Positions 31,158 to 47,989 of a DNA stretch of 64,000 nucleotides are shown in pieces (the first letter of the stretch is position 1; each line of letters starts with the position of its first letter). The stretch covers positions 46,252,001 to 46,316,000 of the forward strand of contig OZ024750.1 in the NCBI GenBank assembly GCA_964016885.1, read 5' to 3'. The DNA is from Eledone cirrhosa. Its lineage: Eukaryota. The notes beneath the pieces are model-generated. The model was given only the letters and a program-made list of their open reading frames with translations. It ran no database searches and was not told where the DNA came from. The translations under genes and the position numbers were made by a program.

Positions 31158-32702
31158 TCTGATCTTACCCATGATGAAATTGAAATAATAATAGCGGCTA
31201 GAAGGACTATCGTAAAATTTGAAAATAACTACTGGGTAAGAAAGGATAGAATAAATAGCTTCGATATTACAATGGGATCAAATGATTCTGCGCAAATTAC
31301 AGATATCGTGGGGCTATTCATAGCACACAACCTACATAAGGAATTCAGTAACCTCCAAGGAGGAATTTATAGGGACGACACGTTACTTATAGCTAGGAAC
31401 CTAAACAACCAGAGCATGGAAAGACTAAGGAAAAATATTAGAATATTCTTCAAAAAACTAGGCCTAAGTATTACCTACGAACTAAACCATAAGAAGGTAA
31501 ATTTTCTAGATGTAACTCTAAATCTAAATACTGGATTAATAGAACCTTTCCACAAAAATAATGAAAATCTTGCCTACATTAGTTACAACTCGAATCACCC
31601 CAAATCCATAATTAAATCCATAGCACGTAGTATATCCCTCCGAATATCCCGCTTATCCTCAAACCTAGAAATCTTTAACGAGCATGCTGACTATTATAAT
31701 GCAGCATTAAGTAGGGCCGGTCATAAAGATAAACTACAGTATATAGTGAATAAGGACAACATAAACAATCCTAGTAATTTCTACTCCAACCGCTCACATG
31801 ATAATAGGAATAGCTTGACTAGACATAGGGTTAGACATGTAACACCTAGAGTAAACGGCCAAAACACTAATAACGTAAACCCTAGAAACAATAGAAGAAA
31901 CAGACAAAGAAAATACCTATGGTTCAACCCAATATTCAACTCCTCTATAAAAACTAGACTGCCGTCTACATTCTTTAAACTAATAGATAAACACTTCCCT
32001 ATCTCGCATAGATATCACAAAATACTCAATAGATCTACTATAAAACTCTCTTTCTCAACAACAGCTAACATAGAATCACACATACGCAAGATCAACCACA
32101 GAAATATCTCAAGTAAATCAATTGCACCTATACATAAGCACAAACTCATCACAACATCACAACCACAAGCGCATACAAACGCGCAGCAGCAAAACCCCAT
32201 TGGGCATATATCACAACCCACTTATAACAGGGTACTAAATAGGAATGTAAAAGCTGCACAAAATAGCGCCTCAAACTGCAACTGTCACCTCCCAGATAGG
32301 TGCCCATTGGCGAACAGATGTCTCGATTCGAGCCTGGTGTACATGTGCACTGTCATCTCGGGTAACTCCACCTGGAATTACATAGGATCCACCGCGGGTT
32401 CTTTTAAGAAAAGATGGTATGTGCACAGGCACTCAATGAAAAACCGTGCACTTATGGGTTCCACCACCCTCGCCAGAAAAATATGGGAATTGAAGGACAG
32501 CAACACTAACTACACTATCAACTGGTCGAAGTTGTCGGCTGCTAAAACCTATAGTACAGGGATGTCCTATTGCGGGCTGTGTGATCTTGAGCTATTGTAT
32601 ATCCTTAGAAATGTTAAAAGGCTACTTAATAATAAGTTAGAAAGATCTATTTTCTGAAGACATAGAATAGCCACTAAATTCATAAGATTCAAACCTCCGT
32701 GA
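31158..32702 (+). pseudogene. PLE RT + GIY-YIG ORF, N-terminally truncated; in-frame TGA at 32655
   Basis: [54 protein letters not shown]. The first ~15 aa of ORF 31113 come from the inverted pLTR. Confidence 0.9.
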
Positions 32703-33414
32703 ATCGAACCAACATAACATAGCTTTAAATTAGGATACGTACTACCCACAGAAATATATTCATTAAGTATACTATTTCCTTCACAAGTCTATACCACACA
32801 ATTGTCTGTAAGTACCTCATCTACCAACAATCTTACTCCTTCTCAGCTGCTGCAATCATTTGATCCTAGATCCTAGTTTTTCTCATTTCACTACTACAAT
32901 GTTACTTTACCATCTTTTTGCCATAATTACAATTAGCACGCTTTTCTCTTTGCATGTATGTATATTTTTGTACGAGTGTATATTGATGTGTATGTATGTG
33001 TCTATGTACACATGCATGTGTATATATGGCAGAATTCTAGGAGAAGGAAAACTCTGATATAACACCTGCAATCCTGATGGTATCCAATGATGTTGACCTG
33101 TTCTTCTTTTTGGTAAATATCATCTTGGTTAAGAGAGTGGGACTGGCTTTGTGCAGTGCCTTTGCTCACTATAAAAGCTTCACAGCACAGGCATTGCTTT
33201 ATATCTAGAGATCTCTCTGCACTTGTCATCACATGGTACCATGGGCCCTGCACTATGTGTCAATAATTGTCACAAGTGTAGTCTTTGTACCAGAGTTTTC
33301 AAGTCGCTGGCTGGACTAAAGTCACATTCGTTCAGCGCATCGGTAGGGGTTCTCCTACATGGATATAAAGTAGTGGCCGTACTCGAAAACGAGTTGGCAG
33401 CCACCATATATATT

Positions 33415-33451
<37 letters not shown>

Positions 33452-33811
33452 ATGTGTTTGTGTGTGGGTGTGTACGTAGATATATGCGTATATTAATTCG
33501 TTAACCTCTGTATTAACTCTACAACTATTGAGCTTTGACAGTGGTCCCACTCATGTATACTGTTGATATCTTTATAATTTAAAATTGATACACACTACGA
33601 TACTTTTTGCCTTATGACAGCAGGTTTTCACGCCGTAACATTAGATACATTATATACCCCCCACCTAAGTAATGTCAGGGTCTCCTTAAATAGTTTATTG
33701 ATAGCATTGTTGTAATTGTTGTTATTGTTCTAATTGAATGCCATAACTACTCCATATAGTAGCCGTATTTTCTTTTCTTTTCTTGCCTGTGTATTTTCTT
33801 CATTCTCGCAT

Positions 33812-33917
33812 GCTCCGAAGATCTGACTGATTATACTTCTGTATTGGCGATCGAGTGACGCAAAATTAAGCGGATAGCGATCTCTAGACATACCAGTTCA
33901 GTGAAACAAATGTAAGC
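33812..33917 (+). ncRNA. Hammerhead family B in 3' pLTR of PLE1
   Basis: GCT-CCGAAGA-T.CTGA.CTG...CAG.T.TCAG.T-GAAA-CAAATG-TA-AGC, then ATTAAA; U4->C in both copies. Confidence 0.62.
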
Positions 33918-34142
33918 TATGTGATTAAAAACTTTTTTGTATAGCAAACCATGTAAACCTTCTTTCCTGATTTATTATTACTCCAAGTGTTTACAACATA
34001 GGGATTACAGCATACCCGCAGCATCACTATGAAAACGCCTTGTTGAGTCAAACCAAACCATGCGTTAATATCATCCACTACCTGGAATACCATAACTGGA
34101 CTTCACCTAAGTGGACTGCATTTAACTATTATTTGTTACCCC

Positions 34143-34357
<215 letters not shown>

Positions 34358-34364
34358 TATATAT

Positions 34365-34396
<32 letters not shown>

Positions 34397-34437
34397 ATAT
34401 ATATATATTATATATATATATATATATTATATATATA

Positions 34438-34484
<47 letters not shown>

Positions 34485-34660
34485 GTAGGAGGTGAGTTTT
34501 ATTGTAGTACAATAAAGCAATGCAGATATGTTTTTTTAGCCTTCATATCATGTTCTCCTGTTTTATCTGATGAAAACACAAATATTATTGTTTGATGATG
34601 TTTGTTTTTGAAATGCGCATAATAAAATATATGGAACTCCTTTAACCATCTTTTGATCTT
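34485..34660. mobile_element. Rearranged mini-copy of the PLE3 terminus in (TA)n
   Basis: 34485-34529 matches 56969-57013; 34530-34660 matches ~61619-61750, so the two parts are in opposite element orientation. Confidence 0.85.
34561..34627 (+). ncRNA. Minimal type I hammerhead, family C
   Basis: TTTTAT-CTGATGA-long stem II-GAAA-TGCGCA-TA-ATAAAA; palindromic stem III. Confidence 0.85.
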
Positions 34661-34668
34661 ATATATAT

Positions 34669-34702
<34 letters not shown>

Positions 34703-34710
34703 ATATATAT

Positions 34711-34742
<32 letters not shown>

Positions 34743-34768
34743 ATAATATATATATATATATATAATAT

Positions 34769-35071
<303 letters not shown>

Positions 35072-35161
35072 TATATATATATTATATATATATATATTAT
35101 ATATATATATATATTATATATATATATATATATTATATATATATATATATTATATATATAT

Positions 35162-35224
<63 letters not shown>

Positions 35225-35259
35225 ATATATATATATATATATTATATATATATATATAT

Positions 35260-35571
<312 letters not shown>

Positions 35572-35860
35572 ATATATATATTATATATATATATATATTA
35601 TGTATATATATATTATATATATATAATATATTATATATATATATATTATATATATATTATATATATATAATATATTATATATATATATATTATATATATA
35701 TAATATATTATATATATATATATTATATATATATATAATATATATATATATATATTATATATATATATTTAATATATATATATATATTATTTATATATAT
35801 ATATATATATTATATATATATATATATTATATATATAATATTATATATATATATATGTAT

Positions 35861-35896
<36 letters not shown>

Positions 35897-35910
35897 ATAT
35901 ATTATATATA

Positions 35911-35958
<48 letters not shown>

Positions 35959-35967
35959 ACATATATA

Positions 35968-36025
35968 TCTCTTTTACTCTTTTACCTGTTTCAGCCATCC
36001 TGGTGAGGCCATGCTGGGGCACCGA
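35968..36025 (-). mobile_element. 3' tail fragment related to the LINE end at 28075
   Basis: CTCTTTTACCTGT...GAGGCCATG shared with 28078-28115. Confidence 0.6.
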
Positions 36026-36083
36026 TATTATATATATATTATATATATATATATTATATATATATATATTATATATATAATAT

Positions 36084-36138
<55 letters not shown>

Positions 36139-36145
36139 ATATATA

Positions 36146-36181
<36 letters not shown>

Positions 36182-36441
36182 ATATATATATATTATATAT
36201 ATATATTGTATATATATATATATTATATATATATATTATATATATATATAATATATTATATATATATAATATATATATATATATAATATATATATATATA
36301 TATAAATTATATATATACAATATATATATATATATATAATATATATATATATATATAATATTATATATATAATATATATATATATATAAATAATATATAT
36401 ATATATATTAAATATATATATATATATAATATATATATTAT

Positions 36442-36488
<47 letters not shown>

Positions 36489-36778
36489 TATATATATAAT
36501 ATATATATATAATATATATATATAATATATATATATATATATACAATATATATATATAATATATATATATACAATATATATATATATAATATATATATAT
36601 ATCTATATATATAATATATATATATATATATAATATATATATATTTATTCAGGTTTGAGGTTCACCACTGTATAGAGGGCGACGGCTGAGGTTGAAGGAA
36701 CAGAATAGCGGTCGCCCTCGGGTCCTCGATTTTCAGCCCCATGGATTTTATCTATTACATTCACGTATTATATTTCGA

Positions 36779-36836
36779 ATACCTGATGATATCACCGGAT
36801 TCATACGGAACCCGGTCATTGAAATGATCATAGTAT
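36779..36836 (+). ncRNA. Minimal type I hammerhead, family D (in island 36648-36885)
   Basis: ATAC-CTGATGA-T.AT.C.ACCGG...CCGGT.C.AT.T-GAAA-TGATCA-TA-GTAT then AATAAA. Confidence 0.85.
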
Positions 36837-36927
36837 AATAAACCTTTCAAGGATTTACAGAAATCCAGCCTCCTGTCATTTCATTATAATATATATATAT
36901 ATATATATAATATTATATATCTAATAT

Positions 36928-36959
<32 letters not shown>

Positions 36960-37041
36960 ATATTATATATGTAATATATATATATATAATATATATATAT
37001 ATATATAATATATATATAAAATATATATATATATATAATAT

Positions 37042-37106
<65 letters not shown>

Positions 37107-37110
37107 ATAT

Positions 37111-37166
<56 letters not shown>

Positions 37167-37253
37167 TATATATATATAATATTATATATAATATATATAT
37201 ATATATATATAATATATATATATATATATAAATTATATATATATATATATTAA

Positions 37254-37309
<56 letters not shown>

Positions 37310-37320
37310 ATATATATTAT

Positions 37321-37371
<51 letters not shown>

Positions 37372-37588
37372 TATATATATAATATATAATATATATATAT
37401 ATAATATATTATATATATATAATATATATATATATAATATATATATATATATAATATAATATATATATAATATATATATATATAATATATTATATATATA
37501 ATATATTATATATATATAATATATAAAATATTAAAAAATAATGAATAAAACAATGAAACAGTTCCTTATATTAAACAAAAAAAGTTCA

Positions 37589-37735
37589 TTATTTAACGAT
37601 CGTTTCTAGGATATATATGTGTTAGAATTGGCATGCATATTCAACAGATCTATGTACAAAATTATACAAAATTATACAAACTATCAAAATTAAATATACA
37701 TACCAAATACATATATATGCCGTCTTCAGAAATAA
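37589..37735 (-). ncRNA. Type I hammerhead, family E (in island 37525-37765)
   Basis: Minus strand TTATTT-CTGAAGA-CGGCATATATATGT...ACATATATATCCTA-GAAA-CGATCG-TT-AAATAA. Confidence 0.72.
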
Positions 37736-37783
37736 ACACTACCGTAAACTCTTGGTAGATTTATCTATATAATATATATATAC

Positions 37784-37890
<107 letters not shown>

Positions 37891-37939
37891 TATAAATATA
37901 TATATAATATATATATAAATATATATATAATATATATAT

Positions 37940-38105
<166 letters not shown>

Positions 38106-38144
38106 ATATTATATATATATATATTATATATATATATATTATAT

Positions 38145-38257
<113 letters not shown>

Positions 38258-38288
38258 ATATATATCATATATTATATATATATAAATA

Positions 38289-38464
<176 letters not shown>

Positions 38465-38703
38465 TAATAAATTGAGTTCTTCACGCATGATTAAAATTAT
38501 TGATGGAATTAATTGACCTGCGTGCATATTATTTTATTCTTTAATGTTTTGCGTTGTCCTCCCCTTCCCGCTTGATGACGGTGTGAGATTTCTCATTGTG
38601 AGTCTGCTGGAATTTCATATTTGGGGGTCACTCTGGGGGGGAAGGGTACCATCGCTGAATAGTAATATCGGTAAGTTTTTTTTTATATCGATATTGTCGG
38701 GCA

Positions 38704-38813
38704 TCCACTGATGATTTATAAGTGCCCACCTATGGGCTATGTGTAGGCTTCTACATAACCAGGACATTATTTTCCCAATTTGTCGAAAAATTATAATGAA
38801 ACGATCGTTTGGA
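38704..38813 (+). ncRNA. Type I hammerhead, family F, branched stem II (in island 38465-38995)
   Basis: TCCA-CTGATGA-T.TTATAA..(hairpins)..TTATAA.T-GAAA-CGATCG-TT-TGGA. Confidence 0.8.
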
Positions 38814-39421
38814 AAGAGAGATGTATTTAATTATGTCTCATATAAAATAATACAACTGACTATCCGCAAAATACGTATAGTTAGCACCCCAAACGTATAA
38901 TTGGGATTATACTAAGGTATATCCTAATGTTTGTTGAATGAGACGGAAGCCGGTCGGAGTATTGCTTAAAGCTTTCTCTGTTAATGTATTAAATATTATA
39001 TATAATATATATATATACAATATATATATATATATATATATAATAGATATATATATATATATAATATACATATATATATATGATATACATATATATATAT
39101 AATATATATATAATATATATATATATATAATATATATATATATATAATATATATATATATAATATATATATATATATAACATATAGATATATATATATAA
39201 TATATATATATATAATATATATATATAATATATATATATATATATAATATATATATATATATAATATATATATATATATGATATATATATATATGCATAT
39301 ATATATATATATACATATATATGCATATATATATATACATATATATTCATATATATATATACATATATATATATGCATATATATATATATACATATATAT
39401 ATATGCATATATATATATACA

Positions 39422-41419
39422 TATAATATTAATCTAGAGGGGTATAACATAGTAGTAAAATTAGGTCTAGATAAACACACTCAACCATATTACCCCAAAC
39501 AGCCTAGATTCACCCTTAAGGACCATAAGGAAAACTTTATTAGTAGCCCCTCAGTTAGGCTTATCTGCCCCTCCAAGTCTGATTTGGGGATTATAAGTAA
39601 GAGAATCTTAGATAGCGTAATTCCGCTGGTTAAAGAAAAAACATTCCTTGAGCTTTGGGGTACTACTAGTGAAGTCATTAGGTGGTTTTCTACGGATTGT
39701 GGGCGTGATTCGCTTAGGTTTATCCAATTTGATATTGATACTTATTATACATCTATATCTCCTATCATCCTCAATAAGGCCCTTATCCTAGCCATGCAGA
39801 GAGGGGTCATTACAAGACCACAGATAGATATCGTTCTCGCCGCACGTAAAACCATCATTATGTTTGAGGATAATTTATGGACGACAAAAAACACACCGGA
39901 TAATTTTGACATTACTATGGGGTCAAGTGATTCTGCTCAGGTCACCGACTTAGTTGGGCTCTACCTCCTTACTGAACTACATAGTAACTTCCCATTCCTT
40001 AGGGGTGGGTTTTACCGTGATGATGCCCTACTCTCCATAGATGCTAGCAAGTATAATATAGTGCGCATTAGGAAAAAGCTGTATAAATTCTTTAAAACCT
40101 TCAATCTGTCCATTACTATGGATATAAATGATAGGACTGTCAACTTCCTTGATGTTACATTGGACTTAGGTAACCATATGTACACACCCTACCATAAGCC
40201 TAATGAATTGCTGACTTATGTGAATACTAACTTCAACCATCCTAAGTCGGTCATCAGTGGTATATTGAAGGGGGTCTCTAGCAGAATAAGTTCACTCTCA
40301 CATAGCGTAGAGGCGTTTAACTCGCAGGCTGATTATTATAATGATGCCTTAGCTAGATCCGGCTTTAGGGACAAATTACATTATGCCCAGGGAAATAATA
40401 GTCCAAATAGTAGCTCTACCAGTGTTGTTATAACACATAATATGTCCATTGGTAATAGAGGTGTTTCGAACATGAGGGTTTCGAATGCCGGTAAAATGCA
40501 CCAACAGGGTACCAATGGACTAAGTAACAATAACGGTAGGCCTCTCAGCTCCCCGCATAGATTAGGTGAACATAGTAACCTTAGCAATGGAATTAATAAT
40601 AATAATAATGGTAATAACAATAGTAATAGTAATAATAGTGATAGTAATAATAAGAAGAATAAAAATAATAGAAGAAGATTGAATACATATTTTAACCCCC
40701 CATTTAACTCCGAAGTGGCTATGAATATTCCTAGGGCCTTCTTCTCTGTGTTAGAAAGGAACTTCCCTCCTGGTAATAGGTACCACTCTATCCTCAATAA
40801 GAATGTGGTTAAACTCTCGTATTCTACAACCCAAAATCTGGCCTCTCATCTAGCCAATACCAATAATAAAAAAATTAAGGAAGGCCTCGACACCTTACGC
40901 CTAGGGGAAAACATTGGAGTCGACAGAGGTAGCCTGAACACCCGTGGTCAGCAAGCGGGTGATCATTTAGATAATAGCATCACCAGAAATTGTAACTGTA
41001 GAAGGGCCTCGGGCTGCCCCCTGAATGGTTTCTGCCTTACTAGAAACACAGTTTATGCGTGTGATGTGGTAACTACTGCATCCACTAAAACTTATATTGG
41101 ATCAACATCCACCCCTTTTAAAACCAGATTTAACTCGCACCAGTGTACATTTAGACATAATAAACTGAAGAACTCTACCTCCTTGGCAGCGCACGTCCAC
41201 AATTTAAAAAATGCACGAACACAGTATACCCTCACTTGGCGGCAAGTTGCTAAATCCCATCCATATACTCCTCATAATAGAGTATGTAACCTATGCCTTA
41301 CGGAATCCCACTCTATTATATTTGCCAAGTGCTCCCTACTAAATAGAAAGTCGGAAATATTTTCCTCATGCCCCCACCGGATATTAAGCTCTTTCTTTTA
41401 CTTTAAGCCTATTAGCTAG
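39422..41419 (+). CDS. PLE2 reverse transcriptase + GIY-YIG endonuclease (open frame, 5'-truncated)
   Basis: [78 protein letters not shown]. The first ~48 aa of ORF 39278 are (TA)n read-through. Confidence 0.93.
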   Translation, partial: YNINLEGYNIVVKLGLDKHTQPYYPKQPRFTLKDHKENFISSPSVRLICPSKSDLGIISKRILDSVIPLVKEKTFLELWGTTSEVIRWFSTDCGRDSLRFIQFDIDTYYTSISPIILNKALILAMQRGVITRPQIDIVLAARKTIIMFEDNLWTTKNTPDNFDITMGSSDSAQVTDLVGLYLLTELHSNFPFLRGGFYRDDALLSIDASKYNIVRIRKKLYKFFKTFNLSITMDINDRTVNFLDVTLDLGNHMYTPYHKPNELLTYVNTNFNHPKSVISGILKGVSSRISSLSHSVEAFNSQADYYNDALARSGFRDKLHYAQGNNSPNSSSTSVVITHNMSIGNRGVSNMRVSNAGKMHQQGTNGLSNNNGRPLSSPHRLGEHSNLSNGINNNNNGNNNSNSNNSDSNNKKNKNNRRRLNTYFNPPFNSEVAMNIPRAFFSVLERNFPPGNRYHSILNKNVVKLSYSTTQNLASHLANTNNKKIKEGLDTLRLGENIGVDRGSLNTRGQQAGDHLDNSITRNCNCRRASGCPLNGFCLTRNTVYACDVVTTASTKTYIGSTSTPFKTRFNSHQCTFRHNKLKNSTSLAAHVHNLKNARTQYTLTWRQVAKSHPYTPHNRVCNLCLTESHSIIFAKCSLLNRKSEIFSSCPHRILSSFFYFKPIS

Positions 41420-43024
41420 CACTTTCAGAATTCTCCAGTTGGGTAATCTAGTGTATTTGTCTCCTATTGTTTGTCTTGTTTGTATATGTGTCTGTGTGTA
41501 TGTACGCCTGCATGTGTATATGGAATTTGGATATCGAGGTGTATATGTGAGTTGGTGTATATGTTAATAAACACCCTTGTTCGGTACAGTGGAAGTGACC
41601 CTTCTATACTTGCCCAGCCACCGTGTGTGTGTTTGTGCATTGGTGGGTCTATCCCAACGTGTATTGTATGGATTTGCACCTTTGTATGCTCATGAGTTTT
41701 GAGGTAATACATCTATGTACTGCGTTATAAGATGCACAATTGATTATATTTAACCTGCCCCTCACATTTTATCTTATTTTAGTTTATTTAATTACCTTGT
41801 TGACTCGTGGTAAACCAATGGGCCTGTGCCCATATGGGACGGAGATTTAGCCAGTCACCGTGAGCTGACCTGTGCCATCTCGCCGTGGGCGGCAGATATG
41901 GTGTACATGTATGTGTTACCCTCCTATTCTGCGGTTCACAGTCTACACGCTGACTTTGGGGTGTTTTTGCCCGGTGTATTTTTGGCATAGTTGATCTTCC
42001 ATAGATTGACGCTCTGTGTTATTCTCCCAAAAATAACGCTTTGGCCCCGATAGCCTTCCGTATTTATTAACGGTTTGTTTATAATTGAATCTGGTGACTA
42101 CACGTGGGAATACGCTCCTCATAAGGTTGTATTTTGAATATTCTGTATATATGTGTACGTGCACTGTCTCTGCATATACATGTCTGTGTGTATGTGTGTG
42201 TGTATAAGTATACATATACTGTCTCTGGACTAACCCTAATGTTGCGTACATTCTTGTGATGCCGGATTGTTGCTCAATGTTATGATTTTGTGGTTATCCG
42301 CTTTGGAAGCTATTTGTTATGCACTGTTGCTGAGTTTTCTTCGCTTTGGAAGCTATTTGTTATGCACTGTTGCTGAATTTTCTTATATTACATTAATTGG
42401 TATGCATGAGAACCTGCTTCACCCGACTGTGTTTTACCACCTGCACTTGCCCGCTTCTGCTCACTAATATGCGCCTCAGTTATTTGCCTCTTGATGTTCG
42501 TGCTGCTGTATGTGAATTTGCCTGCAACCTTCCTAGCATATGCTCCTGCTTGTGATATGGATACACCTTGTTGACCAGTTAATTCTTGCCTGAGTGCTCA
42601 ACTCTGTGAATGCACGTATGTGTATTGAACTTTGTAGTGTAAACTTTTTCGGATTGCCTAACCGCTCAACTCTATGAATGCACACCTGTGGATTGAACTT
42701 TGGAGTGTGAACTTCTGGGACTGTCCAACCTGGGATGTTTCCATTGCATTGTAATGGTCAACTCAATCTATTGCGGACATAGCATCTGTTCACGGAAAAT
42801 CTCATTTGAACACTCTATTGTTGAACTGTGGCTAACTGCAACACCTAAGGCGTTCGTGTGCTCCTGATATATTCCATATATCACCATGAGTCAACACTAG
42901 TGTCACCTTAGGATTTCTATAATAATATTATTATTACATGCCCTAATAATTACCATCTTGATTACCCTTATTACATCTTTTTACCCCCAGTTACATCTTT
43001 ATAAATATACATTACTTGGACTGA

Positions 43025-43089
<65 letters not shown>

Positions 43090-44128
43090 TTATATATGCG
43101 TCTCTTTTATATATATTTTTTATATATATTTTTGTATATATATCTTTGTGTATTTTATGTGTTGTACGTTTATCCTTTGTTGAACATAGCTTGATAGCTT
43201 ATGCATTTGCCAGTCTTATCTTTACCCACACCTTCCTTTATGGTGTATATTTTACTCCATTTTCTTTGGTGTATTGTTGTTCTTTTGTTCTTTTATTTTT
43301 ATCTATCTTCTGGTGTATATTTTAATTTACCTTTTATTATATTATTTTATTTTATTTTACTTTATTTTATTTTATTTTATCATATTTTTTATTTTTTATT
43401 TTTTATTATTTATTATTTATTATTTTTTATTATTTTTTTACTATTTATCTTTCATCGATTTTTTAGCTATTTTTATCTATTTCTTATCTATTTTTTAGCT
43501 ATTTTTTATCTATTTTTAATCTATTTCTTATCTAATTTTTATTTATTTTTTATCTATTTTTTATCTATTTTTTATCTATTTCTTATCTATTTTTATCTAC
43601 CTCTTATCTATTTTTTATCTATCTCTACCTCTTAACTTGTGCCCATCCGTATATGATATGTTATTTGTATTAGTGTATACTGTATGTGTTGCATACGGGT
43701 GCTTGTGTGTAGGTGCATGCGGGTGCTCATGCTTATGCATATAATTGTATGTAGCTGTATGTTAACGTAACCCTGCCCAACTGTGAGTGATAACATCTCT
43801 TATTTTTTATTTTTTATTTTTTATTTATTATTTATTATTTATTTATTATCTATTATTTTTTATTTTTTATTTATTATTTTTCATTTTTCCTTCTTATTTT
43901 TATTTTTATTATTAATAGTATTATTATTTTTATTCTTAATCTTATTCTTTTTTTATTCTTAATCTTATTCTTATTTTTATGTTTATTTTATTTTACTCCT
44001 CTTATTTTACTCCTCTTATTTTGCTCCTTTTACTTTACTCCTTAAACTCCTCCCAACTTATGGTATCCCCACATATATTCTTCTGTTTTGGCTTTGTCAA
44101 TGCTTGTATACTTTGTATTTACTCTTTA

Positions 44129-44174
44129 TGCTCTGAAGAGTCCCACTTCTAGTGTGGACGAAACACTGTTAGCA
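44129..44174 (+). ncRNA. Minimal type I hammerhead, family G
   Basis: TGCT-CTGAAGA-GTCC.CACTTCTAGTGT.GGAC-GAAA-CACTG-TT-AGCA then ATTAAA; canonical G10.1-C11.1. Confidence 0.88.
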
Positions 44175-44217
44175 ATTAAATATATACCTATGTTCTAAGC
44201 GCTCTTTGTTGTTAATT

Positions 44218-45746
<1,529 letters not shown>

Positions 45747-45929
45747 CCCACATCTATCCATGCACCATGTATATATTATTTAAGAAAGATTAATTTAACA
45801 TATTTCAATTTCACGCATTACTGATTCTACAAAAGACGAAATTTGAGAAATAATTTAAAAGGAAATTAACAAAAATGTGTAGTCATTATTTTTTAAAGCT
45901 TGTTGTTAAATTCAGTCAACGAAATAATT

Positions 45930-47110
45930 AATCCCAACGAATATTTACTTCCATCAACAATAATCTACCGTCAAATTATTGCTATTATCAAACCATTCCC
46001 TAAGCCAATTAATTCCATCAAACAGTTACTTGAAACCAAGTATTGCTTCCATCAGACAATTATGTTCATCATATTTTTACTTACGTCAAAAAATTACCTT
46101 CATCAGCCATTTAGATCCATCAGCAACTCCGTCTGTCTGACTATTAAGTCCCCTATACTTACTTCAATCGAACATCCCTTTCTATCAATCGATTAAGTTT
46201 ATCAAACAAGTAAGGTCATGAAACAATCAGTTTATCAGACAATTACCGTATTTTCCGGCGTCGAAGGTGCTACTTTTTTCCTAAAATAAATCTCAAAAAT
46301 CTACCGTGCGTCCTGGAAGCCGAAGTTTGTTTAGTATTTATTTTCCAATTGTGGGGTGTCAAAATTAGGGCGCGTCCTCGAGGACGAAGCGTCTTCGGCG
46401 TCGGGAAATACAGTATATATATAAAACAATGATAACCATCAAACACATATAGCCACCAAACAATTCGTTCTTCAAACAAGTAGCATCATCAAACAATTAT
46501 TTCTTCAAGCAATTTCGTCCAGCTTATCATTACTTCAATTGAACAATTTCTACCATGAAACTGTTATATAACACTGGAAGGATAGTGGTATGTTTTACTC
46601 AATTCATGTCATTTATTTCCAGAAAAATAAATTAACACAATAAATATAATTATTGTTTTATAATTTCTTTCGTCAAATTACGACCATTAAACAACTACAT
46701 CTATCAGTCAATTGCATACTTCAAACAATTACTACTAACATACAACTAGTATGAAACAAATACAGCAGGTAACTACTTCTGTCCAACAGTGACTAGCATT
46801 ACATAATTACTTCCATCAAAATATTATGCAACATCAAACAATGTCTGTCAAACAATTACTACTATAATACAATTATTTCCATCAAACCATTATTTGCTTT
46901 CATACAATTACTTCCATCAAACAATTATCTTCTATCATACAACTACGTTCATCAAACAGTTACGATCATCAAACAATTACGTTCACCACGTGACGACGAT
47001 CATCAACCAATTACATCCATCAAATAACAACTATCAAACAATAACTACTATGTCACACTTCCATCAAATATCTACCATCAAACAAGTATTTCCATCAAAT
47101 AATTCATGCT
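45930..47110 (+). repeat. Degenerate ~18-bp minisatellite (CATCAAACAATTACTTC-like) downstream of the NTR exon
   Basis: Recurrent CATCAAACAA motifs. Confidence 0.6.
46246..46413. mobile_element. Tc2/pogo-like MITE
   Basis: TA|CCGTATTTTCCGGCG ... CGTCGGGAAATACAG|TA. Confidence 0.75.
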
Positions 47111-47119
47111 ATTTAACAA

Positions 47120-47433
47120 TTATCTGCCGCTAGCAGGACAATTGTATTTTTTGCTCAATTCATATATTTTCTTTCCAGCAAAGTTGGTATAAGTACGATA
47201 ATATGTATCTGGAGGTAAGATCAGCTGGATTTCACGTCGTTCGTGGGGATCTGTGAACCCGATGATCAAATAGTCTTTGCCCCTGATCAACTTCGGGCAT
47301 TGACAGCCTTTCTCTAACCAAATAAATTCCCTGGACATCAGCGGTAAAGCCTGGCGGTAAATTCTTCTCATGGCAACGTCGTAACGCACTTGGTTTTTAA
47401 CTTTACTCACGGATTTCACACTGATATGACTCA
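47120..47433 (-). CDS. ADAMTSL5: Terminal exon encoding an NTR (C345C) domain, ADAMTSL5-like secreted protein
   Basis: Acceptor ttgtttcAG at 47435-47434; VRYDV..IYRQALPLMSREFIWLEKGCQCPKL..GKDYLI..QLILP resembles the ADAMTSL5 NTR as I recall it; stop at 47120. The domain call is firmer than the orthology. Confidence 0.75.
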
Positions 47434-47661
47434 CTGAAACAAGTATAGATAAAAATAGTATTAGCGTATATGATAATAATAACAGTATGATTAATTAAAC
47501 AAATATGTATATAGAATTAAAAGACCTATAATGGAGTTACTTAACTGATAATATCAGTTTCATCTCCACAATTAATGTAATATTCTAGTCGCATTGAAAC
47601 GAATGTAGATGTATAAATAAACAAAAATAATATTAATCCTTGGAAATTAATGAATTTTGAA

Positions 47662-47765
<104 letters not shown>

Positions 47766-47989
47766 TATAATCAAAGGGATATTTATTTTGTTGGTAATTC
47801 AACAAATATATATATTTATAACAGATTCGAAGCACTCGACAGTTTTTCTGGAGTATAATATCAATGATATTAATAAAAGGAAACTACATTTATAAAACCA
47901 TATTTATTCTATTATATATATTTCAAAGGTACCAAAACTTTGGTACGCTCTCATCAGACAAATACAAAGTTTGTTTTATAAATATTGAC

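Larger units (their letters stand above)
39422..44217 (+). mobile_element. Penelope-like element 2 with ~2.8-kb 3' region ending in an HHR, in (TA)n
   Basis: ORF, then long non-coding tail, HHR and ATTAAA, then (TA)n. Continuity of the tail across the 43.0-kb (TA)n is inferred. Confidence 0.78.

Noticed and set aside
32654-32660. CTGAAGA as an HHR core
   Set aside because: Lies in coding sequence with no matching stems or GAAA.
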